A stretch of 64,000 bases of DNA from Gammaproteobacteria bacterium (GTDB lineage Bacteria > Pseudomonadota > Gammaproteobacteria > Steroidobacterales > UBA11654): the NCBI GenBank assembly GCA_029242945.1, contig JAQWSZ010000017.1, forward strand, positions 14,970 to 78,969, written 5' to 3'. Under the pieces are notes generated by a model that saw only the letters and a list, made by a program, of their open reading frames with translations, was not told the DNA's origin and searched no databases. Of this stretch, positions 20,931 through 30,889 are shown piece after piece. The position numbers were made by a program, and so were the translations under genes. Each line of letters opens with the position of its first letter. The first letter of the stretch is position 1.

Positions 20931-21788
20931 TTATGCAGTATAGAGAGATCTATGTTCTTCAATAAAGTCCTCTAATGATCTAGGAGGGGTTCCAATAAGA
21001 TCTTCAAATGTATCTGTTTTATATTCAATTCCACCTTCCGCAATTCCACCAAAGAGATCGATGACTGAGTCCAAATGCCATTGATTAGTTAGGAATTGGG
21101 ATAAGATATTTTTATATGCATCTATAGGCATATCAATATATAAAACTTCTCGTTTTAAAACAGAGCTAAATTTTTCAGCAACATCATAAAATGATAAAAT
21201 TTCTGGGCCAGTTATTTGATAACTCTGACCTTCATGGCCTTCTTCTGAAAGAACTTTAGCAATAACCTTCCCTACATCTCGAGTATCAATCATTCCTGTT
21301 TTTCCTTCACTCATAGGAAGAAAGAATTTATTTTGTTCAACAATAGTTTTAGATGAGCCAATAAAATTCTGCATATAAAAATTAGGCTTAATCATGGTCC
21401 AATGCATACCAGAATTTTTTATATAGACCTCAGTGTCCCAATGCAATTTAGGTATTGGGCTAGAGCATTCTTCATCAGCTTCTACAGAAGACATATATAC
21501 AATGTGTTGAACACCTTCTATTTTTGCTGAATCCACTAATTGTGTTTCCATTTCTAGTTGATTTTCACAATTGGGTAGAATAATCAGTAGTTTTTCAACA
21601 CCAATCATAGCTTGGTCAATAGTCTCTCTATCTTCAGCTGAACCAATAATAACTTCTCCTCCCAAAGCCTCTATTTGAGCACGCTTTTCTTCGCTTCTTA
21701 TAAGTGCTCTAAAGGGCACATTTAGATTGGATAATTCTATTGCTGTTGCAGATCCTGTTTTACCAGTAGCACCTGTTAGTAAAATCAT
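20931..21788 (-). CDS. NmrA-like / atypical SDR NAD(P)-binding oxidoreductase
   Basis: ILLTGATGKTG Rossmann motif, IKPNFYMQN, IDTRDVG and YQITGPE. Confidence 0.85.
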   Translation of the reverse strand: MILLTGATGKTGSATAIELSNLNVPFRALIRSEEKRAQIEALGGEVIIGSAEDRETIDQAMIGVEKLLIILPNCENQLEMETQLVDSAKIEGVQHIVYMSSVEADEECSSPIPKLHWDTEVYIKNSGMHWTMIKPNFYMQNFIGSSKTIVEQNKFFLPMSEGKTGMIDTRDVGKVIAKVLSEEGHEGQSYQITGPEILSFYDVAEKFSSVLKREVLYIDMPIDAYKNILSQFLTNQWHLDSVIDLFGGIAEGGIEYKTDTFEDLIGTPPRSLEDFIEEHRSLYTA

Positions 21789-21789
21789 T

Positions 21790-22818
21790 TTATACTCCTT
21801 TGCTTATTTTTTTTATTAACAAATCATGAAAAAAAGCTACGCTCGCTTCATACTTCATGCTTAAAGGACCAGTGTTATATATTCCTGATTGTAAATTTTG
21901 TTGAATGTCCGGAATTAAATTCTGATCTTCTAGACTTACCTCTAATTGATATTTCCCTTCATTGGATTCAAAATCATCAGATGACACATCTAGCGGTCTA
22001 AATAAATTATAAACCACTCTACACCATTTTGGTTTAATTGGCTCAATTCTTTGAAAGACAATCCCCCTACCGTATACATTGAAAATAAAATTCGGAAATG
22101 TCCAACCAAAACTGCCGGGTTGTTTACTGTTAGCTCTCTCTGGTACTGAATGAACACTGGAGCTTCCATTATTTTCAATAGAGTACTCTTCCCAGATTAC
22201 ATCTCGGTTTAATTGAGGGTGAACTGATGGTATGTGATAGCCCTCTTGATAATTATCAACATATGTTTTCCAATTTGCATGAACGTCAAAAGATAGTTCA
22301 TTATGAAAAATAAGATCATCCTTATAATGTTGGTTAATAGTTTTTGAAAAAATACCCAACCATTCATTGAGTGCTAGAGATTTAGAATCTAGATTAGCAA
22401 AAATTAAACCATATTTTTCTTCAACACTAATTGGAAAAAGTGAATGATTCTTATGATTAAAATCAGCCGATCCAAAAAAGTTAGAAGGGTTTGAGAGTTT
22501 GCCATCTAGGTCGTAGTTCCAACCATGATATGGACATATAATTTTTTTACAATTTCCTTCAGATTGAAGAATAACTTTTGACGCACGATGTCTGCAAACA
22601 TTATGAAATCCTAAGGTTTTGTTTGATTTATTTTTAATAAGAATAATTGGGTAATCTACTATCTTAGTCGCGATAAAGTCACCAGGTTTTTTTAATGATT
22701 CAGACCTCCCCACCCATTGCCATTCTTTTTTGAAAATAGTTTCTACTTCTTTATTAAAGAAACCTTCATCATGATAGCAAGAGGCTTTAATTGTTTTGGT
22801 TCTCATATTATTGTTCAT
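21790..22818 (-). CDS. Rieske non-heme iron oxygenase alpha subunit (choline monooxygenase/CntA-like group)
   Basis: CRHR...CPYHGW Rieske site, NWKTYVDNYQEGYHIPSVHP mononuclear Fe site and a late ED motif. Confidence 0.88.
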   Translation of the reverse strand: MNNNMRTKTIKASCYHDEGFFNKEVETIFKKEWQWVGRSESLKKPGDFIATKIVDYPIILIKNKSNKTLGFHNVCRHRASKVILQSEGNCKKIICPYHGWNYDLDGKLSNPSNFFGSADFNHKNHSLFPISVEEKYGLIFANLDSKSLALNEWLGIFSKTINQHYKDDLIFHNELSFDVHANWKTYVDNYQEGYHIPSVHPQLNRDVIWEEYSIENNGSSSVHSVPERANSKQPGSFGWTFPNFIFNVYGRGIVFQRIEPIKPKWCRVVYNLFRPLDVSSDDFESNEGKYQLEVSLEDQNLIPDIQQNLQSGIYNTGPLSMKYEASVAFFHDLLIKKISKGV

Positions 22819-22923
22819 AAATTAAAATAACTATTTTCATATGCTATATTCATGGTAGTTAATAATCATGAGTATTAAAACTAGAATACGAACAATAACT
22901 TGCAAAAATAAATAATTAATCAT

Positions 22924-23679
22924 ATGTCAGTATTAGAAAATAGAATTGCAATAATAACAGGATCATCTTCGGGAATTGGGGCTGGAGTTGCAGAAGCGTT
23001 TGCAACTGAAGGAGCCACAGTAATCATTAATTACCCAGATGAGTCAGAGCTTCAGAACGCTCAAAATACACTCAATAAAATCATCCATTTGTCACCCCAA
23101 TCTCAGATTATTCAGGCGAATGTTTCAAGCGAGGATGAAGTTATATCTATGATTAATGAAATTAATAGCATTCATGGAACCATTGACATATTAGTTAACA
23201 ATGCAGGAATAGCAACTAGTGCTCCAGTTCATGAGATGACATCTAGTATGTGGGACGAACTTATCTCTATACATCTAAAAGGAACATTCTTGTGTACCAG
23301 AGAAGTACTAAAAATTATGTATAAGAAGAATTACGGAAAGATAATAAATACAGCATCACAACTGGCCTACAAAGGAAGTGCTGGATTCTCACATTATACT
23401 GCTGCTAAGGGAGCAATACTTTCATTTACTAGATCTCTCTCATTAGAAATTGGTTCTAAAAATATACGTGCAAACTGTGTTGCGCCAGGAGCTACAGAAA
23501 CTAGGATGTTAGCAGATGTACCAATAGAAATATTAAATGATATTAAATCAGATATACCTAAAGGGGAACTTGCAAATGTGAGTGATATAGTACCCTCTTA
23601 TGTATTTCTGGCTTCTGACGCTGCAAATCATTTTGTTGGACAATGTCTAAGCCCTAATGGCGGCGATGTTTTCTTATAG
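22924..23679 (+). CDS. short-chain dehydrogenase/reductase (FabG-like)
   Basis: TGSSSGIG, NNAG, YTAAK and NCVAPG. Confidence 0.92.
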   Translation: MSVLENRIAIITGSSSGIGAGVAEAFATEGATVIINYPDESELQNAQNTLNKIIHLSPQSQIIQANVSSEDEVISMINEINSIHGTIDILVNNAGIATSAPVHEMTSSMWDELISIHLKGTFLCTREVLKIMYKKNYGKIINTASQLAYKGSAGFSHYTAAKGAILSFTRSLSLEIGSKNIRANCVAPGATETRMLADVPIEILNDIKSDIPKGELANVSDIVPSYVFLASDAANHFVGQCLSPNGGDVFL

Positions 23680-23687
23680 AACATATT
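23678..23687 (+). repeat. 10-bp direct repeat AGAACATATT, left copy
   Basis: Identical copy at 25134-25143. The two copies bound the AT-rich integrase block. Confidence 0.55.
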
Positions 23688-23768
23688 TTATCAATAATAA
23701 TAATATATAATTAAAAGTATATAAAAATCATATAGATAATAAAACATAGATATTATATATGTAATATA

Positions 23769-25064
23769 GTGTATGCTATATATATGAATATTACCTCAGA
23801 TGTACTAGATAATGAATTTTTAGATACAATTGTTTTAAAAGATAGTCCTTATTTTATTACTTTTAGTAAATATCCTGGCTTTAGGTTAAAAGTAAACCCA
23901 AAGGGAAGAATTTCATATATTACATATGGAAGAATACGTTTTGGTGGAAATCCAAGAACAATCACCCATGGAACAACTGTCAAGCTAAGTATTTCAGAGG
24001 CCATTGATAAGCATTTTCAAACACTAAAAATATTATCCAAAGGTTTAGATCCAAATCTGATAAAAAAAACAAAAACTATACAATTTACTGACTCTTTAAT
24101 ATTCAGAGACATTGCAATTCAATTCTTAACTGAAAAAAAGAATAATAAAGAATACTCAGAACTGTATTTTAACCATTGTAAAAATTATCTATTAGGAAAT
24201 AAGTTAAGAGCATTTCATAAACTAAATATCATGTCTATTACTCATAATTTTATCAATGAATGGTATGAGTCTAAATCTAACACCCCCTCTTCTGCTAATA
24301 GTGCAATGAGTTTGTTAGCAAGTATTTTTTCATTTGCTGTAACTAAAAATCTTATAGACTTTCACTCTAATCCTATTAATTTAGTCAATCGCATACAGCT
24401 GAAGTACAGCAATAAGAAAAATAATATTCAAATGGATTTGAAACAGGAGCTACCTAAATTCATTTATCAACTATGGGATCCTTTAAATGTTAATAATGTT
24501 CATGCAATTACTAGGTATGCAATATATATGATGTTAATTACTGGTATGAAGAAAAATGATGTTTTGAAAATGAAATGGAGTCAAGTGAGAGATATGAAAT
24601 TTATTAATATCAAAAAAAAGAATTTCAATCAGCTATTTCCAATTAATAATCATGTTGAGGATATTTTAAAAAAGATGTTATTACTCAGAAGTAAAAGTTT
24701 ACTTCGGAATAAAGGTGATTTTATTTTTTATAATCCTAATGAACCAAGAAAACCACTTTCAAATATTAGAAAATCACTTATTAAATACTCAGTAGATCTT
24801 GATTGGGTTGTATATCCTGAAGCAATCAGGAAAACATTTACTAAAATCATTAATGAGTCATCAATACCAACTCACCACTATTATTACTTACTTGGATTAA
24901 ATAATAAGACTTCATCTTTTAATAGTCTTTCTAATTATAATATTAGCACTATAGAGCTTTCAAGATCCTTAGATGCAGTACATAAAAGATTAGAAAGGCA
25001 TTCACCAATGAACCTCCCTGGTATTGATGAACCCTTAAGATACTTTATAAGTAAAATCACGTAA
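23769..25064 (+). CDS. tyrosine recombinase/phage integrase-like protein with arm-DNA-binding domain and degenerate catalytic residues
   Basis: N-terminal PGFRLKVNPKGRISY...ITHG...LSISEA arm-binding pattern. Box I TGMKKND, box II PEAIRKTF and LLGL...Y. Start may be ATG 23784. Confidence 0.75.
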   Translation: MYAIYMNITSDVLDNEFLDTIVLKDSPYFITFSKYPGFRLKVNPKGRISYITYGRIRFGGNPRTITHGTTVKLSISEAIDKHFQTLKILSKGLDPNLIKKTKTIQFTDSLIFRDIAIQFLTEKKNNKEYSELYFNHCKNYLLGNKLRAFHKLNIMSITHNFINEWYESKSNTPSSANSAMSLLASIFSFAVTKNLIDFHSNPINLVNRIQLKYSNKKNNIQMDLKQELPKFIYQLWDPLNVNNVHAITRYAIYMMLITGMKKNDVLKMKWSQVRDMKFINIKKKNFNQLFPINNHVEDILKKMLLLRSKSLLRNKGDFIFYNPNEPRKPLSNIRKSLIKYSVDLDWVVYPEAIRKTFTKIINESSIPTHHYYYLLGLNNKTSSFNSLSNYNISTIELSRSLDAVHKRLERHSPMNLPGIDEPLRYFISKIT

Positions 25065-25133
25065 TCTACGTATGCTATGTAAATAAAGTAATAAAAAATA
25101 AATAAAAAACTATATATATCAGTTATATATATA

Positions 25134-25143
25134 AGAACATATT
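25134..25143 (+). repeat. 10-bp direct repeat AGAACATATT, right copy
   Basis: Identical to 23678-23687. Ends 1 nt before the frmA stop codon. Confidence 0.55.
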
Positions 25144-25144
25144 A

Positions 25145-26251
25145 TTAATATAAAACGACAGATCGTATTGATTTACCTTCATGCATTAAGTGAAACGCAT
25201 TATTAATTTCATCTAAAGGCATTGTATGTGTAATCAAATCATCAATATTGATCTTTCCTTGCATATACCAATCAACTATTGTTGGAACATCACTCCTTCC
25301 TCTGGCTCCGCCAAAAGCTGAGCCTCTCCATACTCTTCCTGTTACTAACTGAAATGGTCTAGTTGAAATTTCTTGTCCTGCTCCGGCTACACCGATTATT
25401 ATTGATTCTCCCCATCCTTTATGACAGGATTCAAGAGCTTGTCTCATGGTGTTCACATTGCCTATACATTCGAAAGTATAATCAGCACCGCCGTTAGTTA
25501 GATCAATTATTGCTTCTACTACATCATCAACATTATTTGGATTAATAAAGTCTGTCATTCCAAATTTTGTTGCAAGATTTGTTTTATCTTCATTGATATC
25601 AATCCCAATAATCTTGTTTGCGCCCACCATTTGTGCACCTTGAATTACATTTAAACCAATTCCTCCTAATCCAAAAACAACAACGTTAGATCCCGCCTCG
25701 ACTTTGGCATCAAATACAACTGCACCTATACCTGTAGTTACGCCACAACCGATGTAACAAACTTTTTCAAAAGGGGCATCTTCACGAATTTTAGCAACTG
25801 CTATTTCAGGCAACACTGTAAAATTAGAAAATGTTGAGCAGCCCATGTAATGGTAAATGCTTTCACCTTGTAATTTAAATCTAGAAGTGCCATCTGGCAT
25901 CAGTCCTTGTCCTTGTGTTTCTCTAATTGATTGACATAGGTTTGTTTTTGGATTGATGCAAAAATTACATTCTCTGCATTCAGGTGTGTAAAGAGGGATA
26001 ACATGATCACCTACTTTAACACTATTAACACCTTTTCCGATCTCTCTAACTATCCCAGCGCCTTCATGTCCTAATATAGCTGGAAATATACCTTCAGGGT
26101 CATCTCCTGAAAGAGTAAATGCATCGGTATGACAAATGCCTGTAGCCATAATCTCAATTAAAACTTCTCCTTCACGAGGACCCTCTAAGTCAACTTCCTC
26201 TATAACTAAATCTTCACCAGCTTTTAGAGCTAATGCTGCTTTTGTTTTCAT
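25145..26251 (-). CDS. frmA: S-(hydroxymethyl)glutathione dehydrogenase / class III alcohol dehydrogenase
   Basis: [37 protein letters not shown] and [10 protein letters not shown]. Confidence 0.96.
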   Translation of the reverse strand: MKTKAALALKAGEDLVIEEVDLEGPREGEVLIEIMATGICHTDAFTLSGDDPEGIFPAILGHEGAGIVREIGKGVNSVKVGDHVIPLYTPECRECNFCINPKTNLCQSIRETQGQGLMPDGTSRFKLQGESIYHYMGCSTFSNFTVLPEIAVAKIREDAPFEKVCYIGCGVTTGIGAVVFDAKVEAGSNVVVFGLGGIGLNVIQGAQMVGANKIIGIDINEDKTNLATKFGMTDFINPNNVDDVVEAIIDLTNGGADYTFECIGNVNTMRQALESCHKGWGESIIIGVAGAGQEISTRPFQLVTGRVWRGSAFGGARGRSDVPTIVDWYMQGKINIDDLITHTMPLDEINNAFHLMHEGKSIRSVVLY

Positions 26252-26400
26252 AATAAATCCTTTATCTTATTCTTCTGTATCACTAGATTATCAATAGATA
26301 AACAATTTTCATAGATACATTTTTAATAAACTAAAAGATAAGCTATTAGCTAATTTATTAACCGTATTGTAAGCTAGGAAAATCATAAAATGAGATAAAA

Positions 26401-27795
26401 ATGACAAACAGAAATTTTAGAGAAGTGCTTGATCTTTTGGACCAAAAAGGAGACTTAATCCGAATATCTAAGGAAGTAGATCCTAAATTTGAAATGCCTG
26501 CTTTAATGAAACAATTGGAAGAAGAGGGTAAAGCTTTTATTTTTGAAAATGTAAAAGGTTCGAAGCACCCATCAGTTGGCGGTATTTTTACGACCATGGA
26601 TCGATATGGCTTAATCTTTAATGCTGATGCTTCTGAAAAATATACTTTTGATGAAGCAGGAGGAAGGGTTTTAAGCGGCATTGCACACCCAATAGAAAAT
26701 ATTGTTCTTGATAAAGGGCCTATTTCAGAAGAGAAATTTTTTGATGATGCTATTAATCTAAAGGATTTTCCAGTAGCTACTTTTTTTGAGTTAGATTCGG
26801 GGCCATTCATTACTTCTGCTGTAGGTATTTTTAAAAAACCAAATGGCGTTATTAATGTAGGGTTCTATCGTTGTATGATTGTTGATAGAAATCATCTTCT
26901 GATTAATGCTAGTGGCCTGAGTGATCTTAGAAAAAGCTATGATTGGCATCGAGAAAACAACAAAGAAATGTCAGTAGCTATGGTTATTGGTGCACCTCCA
27001 CCTCTTCTTATGGCGGCAGCTTCTAAATGTCCAGATGATATTTCAGAACTAGAGGTTGCTGGTGGAATGATTGGAAAAGGTATTGAAACAATACTCAGTC
27101 CAAACAGCGGTTTACCGATACCTATAGATTCTGAAATAGTAATTGAGGCAAAAGTTGATTTGCATAATATGGTGGAAAATACTCTCGGTGAATTTGGAAA
27201 CCAGTATGGGACTGAAGTTGCTCCAATGTGTGAAGTGACTTCCATTATGAAGAGAAAAGATGCAATGTTTTATAATGTCATGGCAGGGAGAGCCAAGGAA
27301 CATAATAACTTAGGGTACCTAACTATTTATGGTCTTTCTAAGGGTGTTTGTACAAAAATAAAAGAGAGCTTTTCTTTTGTTAAGGATGTTGCTATTCATT
27401 TTGATACAAAAATAGGACCCTTAATGCATGTTGTTATAGCTATTGAGAAATCTTCAGATAATCAGCCTGAAAAGATTATTAATGAGGCATTTAATTTAAA
27501 TCTAGGCTTCTTTAATCTCTCTTGGATGGCCAAAAGAGTGATAATTGTTGATGATGATATCGATATTAATAATATGGATGATGTCGAGTGGGCTACCTGG
27601 ACCCGCATGGGAAGAGCAGAAAAAATGCATTTATTCTCAGATTTTATTACATGGGAAATAGATAGAGCAGCCTTGCCTGATAAAACCTCTCTTAGAGTAG
27701 GGGTAGATGCTACAAAAGATATGGATTATTTTGATGACCTAGTAAAACCAATAGTGCCAGGTATTGATCAAATTAATTTAAAAGATTATCTTTAA
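26401..27795 (+). CDS. UbiD-family (prFMN-dependent) decarboxylase
   Basis: DSGPFIT, NVGFYR, ENTLGEF (ExxxGE catalytic Glu pair), IIVDDDIDI..DVEWA and GVDAT. Confidence 0.88.
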   Translation: MTNRNFREVLDLLDQKGDLIRISKEVDPKFEMPALMKQLEEEGKAFIFENVKGSKHPSVGGIFTTMDRYGLIFNADASEKYTFDEAGGRVLSGIAHPIENIVLDKGPISEEKFFDDAINLKDFPVATFFELDSGPFITSAVGIFKKPNGVINVGFYRCMIVDRNHLLINASGLSDLRKSYDWHRENNKEMSVAMVIGAPPPLLMAAASKCPDDISELEVAGGMIGKGIETILSPNSGLPIPIDSEIVIEAKVDLHNMVENTLGEFGNQYGTEVAPMCEVTSIMKRKDAMFYNVMAGRAKEHNNLGYLTIYGLSKGVCTKIKESFSFVKDVAIHFDTKIGPLMHVVIAIEKSSDNQPEKIINEAFNLNLGFFNLSWMAKRVIIVDDDIDINNMDDVEWATWTRMGRAEKMHLFSDFITWEIDRAALPDKTSLRVGVDATKDMDYFDDLVKPIVPGIDQINLKDYL

Positions 27796-27815
27796 TGAAT
27801 TAAAGTGAGATACAA

Positions 27816-28874
27816 ATGATTGATCCATATTTAGCAGTAGGCCTGCAAACAAAAGTAAAGCACGTATCAAATCGTGATGACGTTCATATAAACCTCAAGC
27901 ATATAGGCAATATGATCGATATGGTCACACACATGTGTTCACTTGAATTACCTGTTCGTTTAATTGCACTAGGCGAGGGAGCTATACAAGGGTTTGTTGA
28001 TGAGATTCTGGATATGGATCAATCACAATACGCAAATACTATGGCGGCAGAAATACCTGGTTTTGAGACTGACTTCTTAGGCAAATATGCAAAATCCAAA
28101 AAGACTTTTATTATTGGACAACTCAAAGAAAGGCTACCTGAATATAAAGATAGATTTTTCAATACTGTTTTTATTATAGATGACAATGGAGATGTCATTT
28201 ATAAACATCATAAAAATATTGTAGTTTTTGTCGAGCATTCAACAACACCTCATGATGTTTATGATCAATGGATAGAGCAACATGGAGATTCCTTAGAGGC
28301 TTTCTTTCCTGTTGCAAAAACAAAGATAGGAAATATTGCTGGTACAGTGGGTGTTGAGGGTTCATTTCCTGAAGTATTTCGTGCATTTGCCTTAAATGGA
28401 GCAGAAATTTTATATAGAGCATCATTGCCTGAGCCATGGGTATCAAGAGAGATATTTGAAGTGCAGAATAGGTCAAGAGCGATAGATAATACTGCATATA
28501 TGATTGCCCCCAATACGGGTTCCTTAATTATGCCAGGAGAGGATAATGAATCCCCAACAGTCATTGATGGCGCTTTAGGAGGTAGATCATCGATTGTTGA
28601 TTATAAAGGTACTATTTTGGCCAGCAATGATATTGTTGGAGATACCTATGTTGCATCAGAAATTAATATTGATGCATTGAGACATTATAGGGAAAATGCT
28701 CGATTCCAAAATTGGATCCCATATTTAAAAACTGAAATTTTCAGCAAAATGTATGAACAAAAAATTTGGCCAAAAAATTTACCACCAATGAAACATGCTG
28801 ATGCTGGAAAAGTTTTTAAAGAGACTATCAAGAATCTTATTGATAGAGGGACTTACTCTAAAAGAAAAAAATAA
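27816..28874 (+). CDS. nitrilase/carbon-nitrogen hydrolase family protein with catalytic Cys replaced by Gly
   Basis: ALGEGA (Glu), FNTVFIID, KHHK (Lys) and GTVGVEGSFPE...LNGAEI. Clear paralogue of 29643-30782. Confidence 0.82.
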   Translation: MIDPYLAVGLQTKVKHVSNRDDVHINLKHIGNMIDMVTHMCSLELPVRLIALGEGAIQGFVDEILDMDQSQYANTMAAEIPGFETDFLGKYAKSKKTFIIGQLKERLPEYKDRFFNTVFIIDDNGDVIYKHHKNIVVFVEHSTTPHDVYDQWIEQHGDSLEAFFPVAKTKIGNIAGTVGVEGSFPEVFRAFALNGAEILYRASLPEPWVSREIFEVQNRSRAIDNTAYMIAPNTGSLIMPGEDNESPTVIDGALGGRSSIVDYKGTILASNDIVGDTYVASEINIDALRHYRENARFQNWIPYLKTEIFSKMYEQKIWPKNLPPMKHADAGKVFKETIKNLIDRGTYSKRKK

Positions 28875-28877
28875 ACT

Positions 28878-29633
28878 GTGTTACCAAAAGAATTTAAGCC
28901 TAAAGCATCTTATGAGCTTATTCGTTTAGGCAAAGATAACGATGGTGGTTACTTAGTTGAACTAAATTCTATTAAACAATCTAAAAGCTTAATTGCTATG
29001 GGCATGGGTAGGGATTGTTCATTTGAAAATGATTTTATGACAATACAAAATTCTATCATTCATGCTTATGACTATACTGTCACTCCTGTTTTCTGGTTGA
29101 AATATTTTATTAGAAGGATTTTAGCTATTTTTATAGGTAGGATATATGAGCCTTATCAAGGTTTAAAAAATTATTTCAATTACAAATCATTTTTTAAAGA
29201 CCATGCTATTTTTTTTAAAGAAAAGATTGGTTCAGGAGAGAACAATACTACTTCAATATCTGATGCATTTAATAGACTCGGTGAAGAGCAGTTTCCAGTT
29301 TTTTTGAAAATAGATATTGAAGGCTCAGAATATGAAATATTAGAGGAATTGATTTCACTGACTCAAAAAATTTCTGGAATGGTCATTGAATTTCATCAAA
29401 CGGATAAAAAAAGAGATCTTATTAAATCTTTTATAGAAGATGTAGATCTTGAGTTGACTCATATTCATCCTAATAATAATCGAGTTGATGCAAACGGAGA
29501 CCCACTTGCACTTGAGATGACGTTTTCAAGACAGCCTAATAAACTCAGCGATACAGTCACTTTTCCTCATTCTTTGGATCAAATAAACGTTCCTAGAAAA
29601 AATGAAATAAGTCTTAATTTTTTAACTGAGTAA
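28878..29633 (+). CDS. FkbM-like SAM-dependent methyltransferase
   Basis: LIRLGKDNDGGY, FLKIDIEGSEY, IEFH and HIHPNN. Confidence 0.7.
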   Translation: MLPKEFKPKASYELIRLGKDNDGGYLVELNSIKQSKSLIAMGMGRDCSFENDFMTIQNSIIHAYDYTVTPVFWLKYFIRRILAIFIGRIYEPYQGLKNYFNYKSFFKDHAIFFKEKIGSGENNTTSISDAFNRLGEEQFPVFLKIDIEGSEYEILEELISLTQKISGMVIEFHQTDKKRDLIKSFIEDVDLELTHIHPNNNRVDANGDPLALEMTFSRQPNKLSDTVTFPHSLDQINVPRKNEISLNFLTE

Positions 29634-29642
29634 TTCTTAGCT

Positions 29643-30782
29643 TTAGACTTCTTTAGCTTTTTTTATTCGTTTTGTGATTTCTTCACTTACTTCGAATGGT
29701 TTCCAATCAGGAGGAGGAGTGTAAATTCCCATATCAACCATTTTATTGACTTGGTTTTTTACTAATTCCAGCTGACCTTCCTCCGTTAAAGGTGGCTCTT
29801 CAATACATAGATTTTTTGGGTAAATCCCACCTTTTGCCATCATTGCATCATAAATAATTTTGTATTCTTCAACTCTCATATCTTTAGCTAAATTTTGCCA
29901 TTGCCCCCTTACTCTAAAATCACGTAGACCATCTATATTAAGTATGCCACTCACCAAGGCTTCTCCTCCACTCAGATATTCAGAAATAACTTGGCCTCGA
30001 TAATCAATTATTTGACTGCGACCGTTACTCATTTTGAAGTCTTCTCCTCCAGGCATATAAATACCTCCTATATTAGGGGCTACTACATAGCAGGTATTAA
30101 AGATTGCATGAGATTGATTTTGAATCTGATTCATTTGATTACCCATCCATGGCTCAGGATATTGTGATCGATAGATGATTTCAGCTCCATTTAATGCAAG
30201 GCCTCTTGCTGCCTCTGGATAGCTACCTTCAGCACAGATTAGTGTACCAATGTTACCAATTTCAGTTCGTGCAACTGGGTATAATGCTTCTAATAACTTT
30301 TCTGGATCATCCCCATACCTTTCTATGTAAACTTTCCATATATCACTTGGTGCAGTATTAGTTTCTCTCTGGTAGAAAGAAGTTTTGATATGCTGATGAA
30401 TAACATCACCATTGGGGTCAATAATAAAAGCAATATTGAAAATTCTGTCTTTCATGATATCTGGTGCTTTCGCTATCATTTGTGCAATAAGAAAAATGCC
30501 ATGTTCTTTACATATTTTTCCTAAAAACTCAGTTTCTTTTCCTGGGATTTCGGGAACCACTTCTCGAGCAATCCGAATATGTTCATCACCGCCTCCTAAG
30601 CACCAACCCCCAATACCACCCTCTGAAATAGTCACTAATTTTACTGGAAGATCTAGGCTGCAATTCCATACAGCATAACCAATACTTGTTTCTAATCTTT
30701 CTAAGTCTTTCCAATAGTCACTAATATCCAGTGCCATATGGGACTCATTTTGTATTCCTACTGCTGAATATTGAAGCATCAT
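29643..30782 (-). CDS. nitrilase/carbon-nitrogen hydrolase family protein (E-K-C triad intact)
   Basis: TISEGG, FNIAFIIDPNG, HIKT and TLICAEGSYPEAARGLALNGAE. Confidence 0.88.
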   Translation of the reverse strand: MMLQYSAVGIQNESHMALDISDYWKDLERLETSIGYAVWNCSLDLPVKLVTISEGGIGGWCLGGGDEHIRIAREVVPEIPGKETEFLGKICKEHGIFLIAQMIAKAPDIMKDRIFNIAFIIDPNGDVIHQHIKTSFYQRETNTAPSDIWKVYIERYGDDPEKLLEALYPVARTEIGNIGTLICAEGSYPEAARGLALNGAEIIYRSQYPEPWMGNQMNQIQNQSHAIFNTCYVVAPNIGGIYMPGGEDFKMSNGRSQIIDYRGQVISEYLSGGEALVSGILNIDGLRDFRVRGQWQNLAKDMRVEEYKIIYDAMMAKGGIYPKNLCIEEPPLTEEGQLELVKNQVNKMVDMGIYTPPPDWKPFEVSEEITKRIKKAKEV

Positions 30783-30889
30783 AATTTCCTTTTTTTTTAA
30801 TAATAAATAATAAAAATATAGCGTTAACTTGTTAGTATTATTAAAACATATATTAGTGAGTTAACAAGACATACATAATTGAGGATCTT

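Noticed and set aside
23690..23790. TA-rich low-complexity tract as CRISPR leader, origin or repeat array
   Set aside because: No repeat-spacer periodicity, cas genes or DnaA boxes seen. No CRISPR array was noticed anywhere in the window.
26401..27795. Housekeeping ubiquinone-pathway ubiD
   Set aside because: Divergent from the canonical EGPFGD-type sequence and embedded in a catabolic island, so no gene symbol was assigned.
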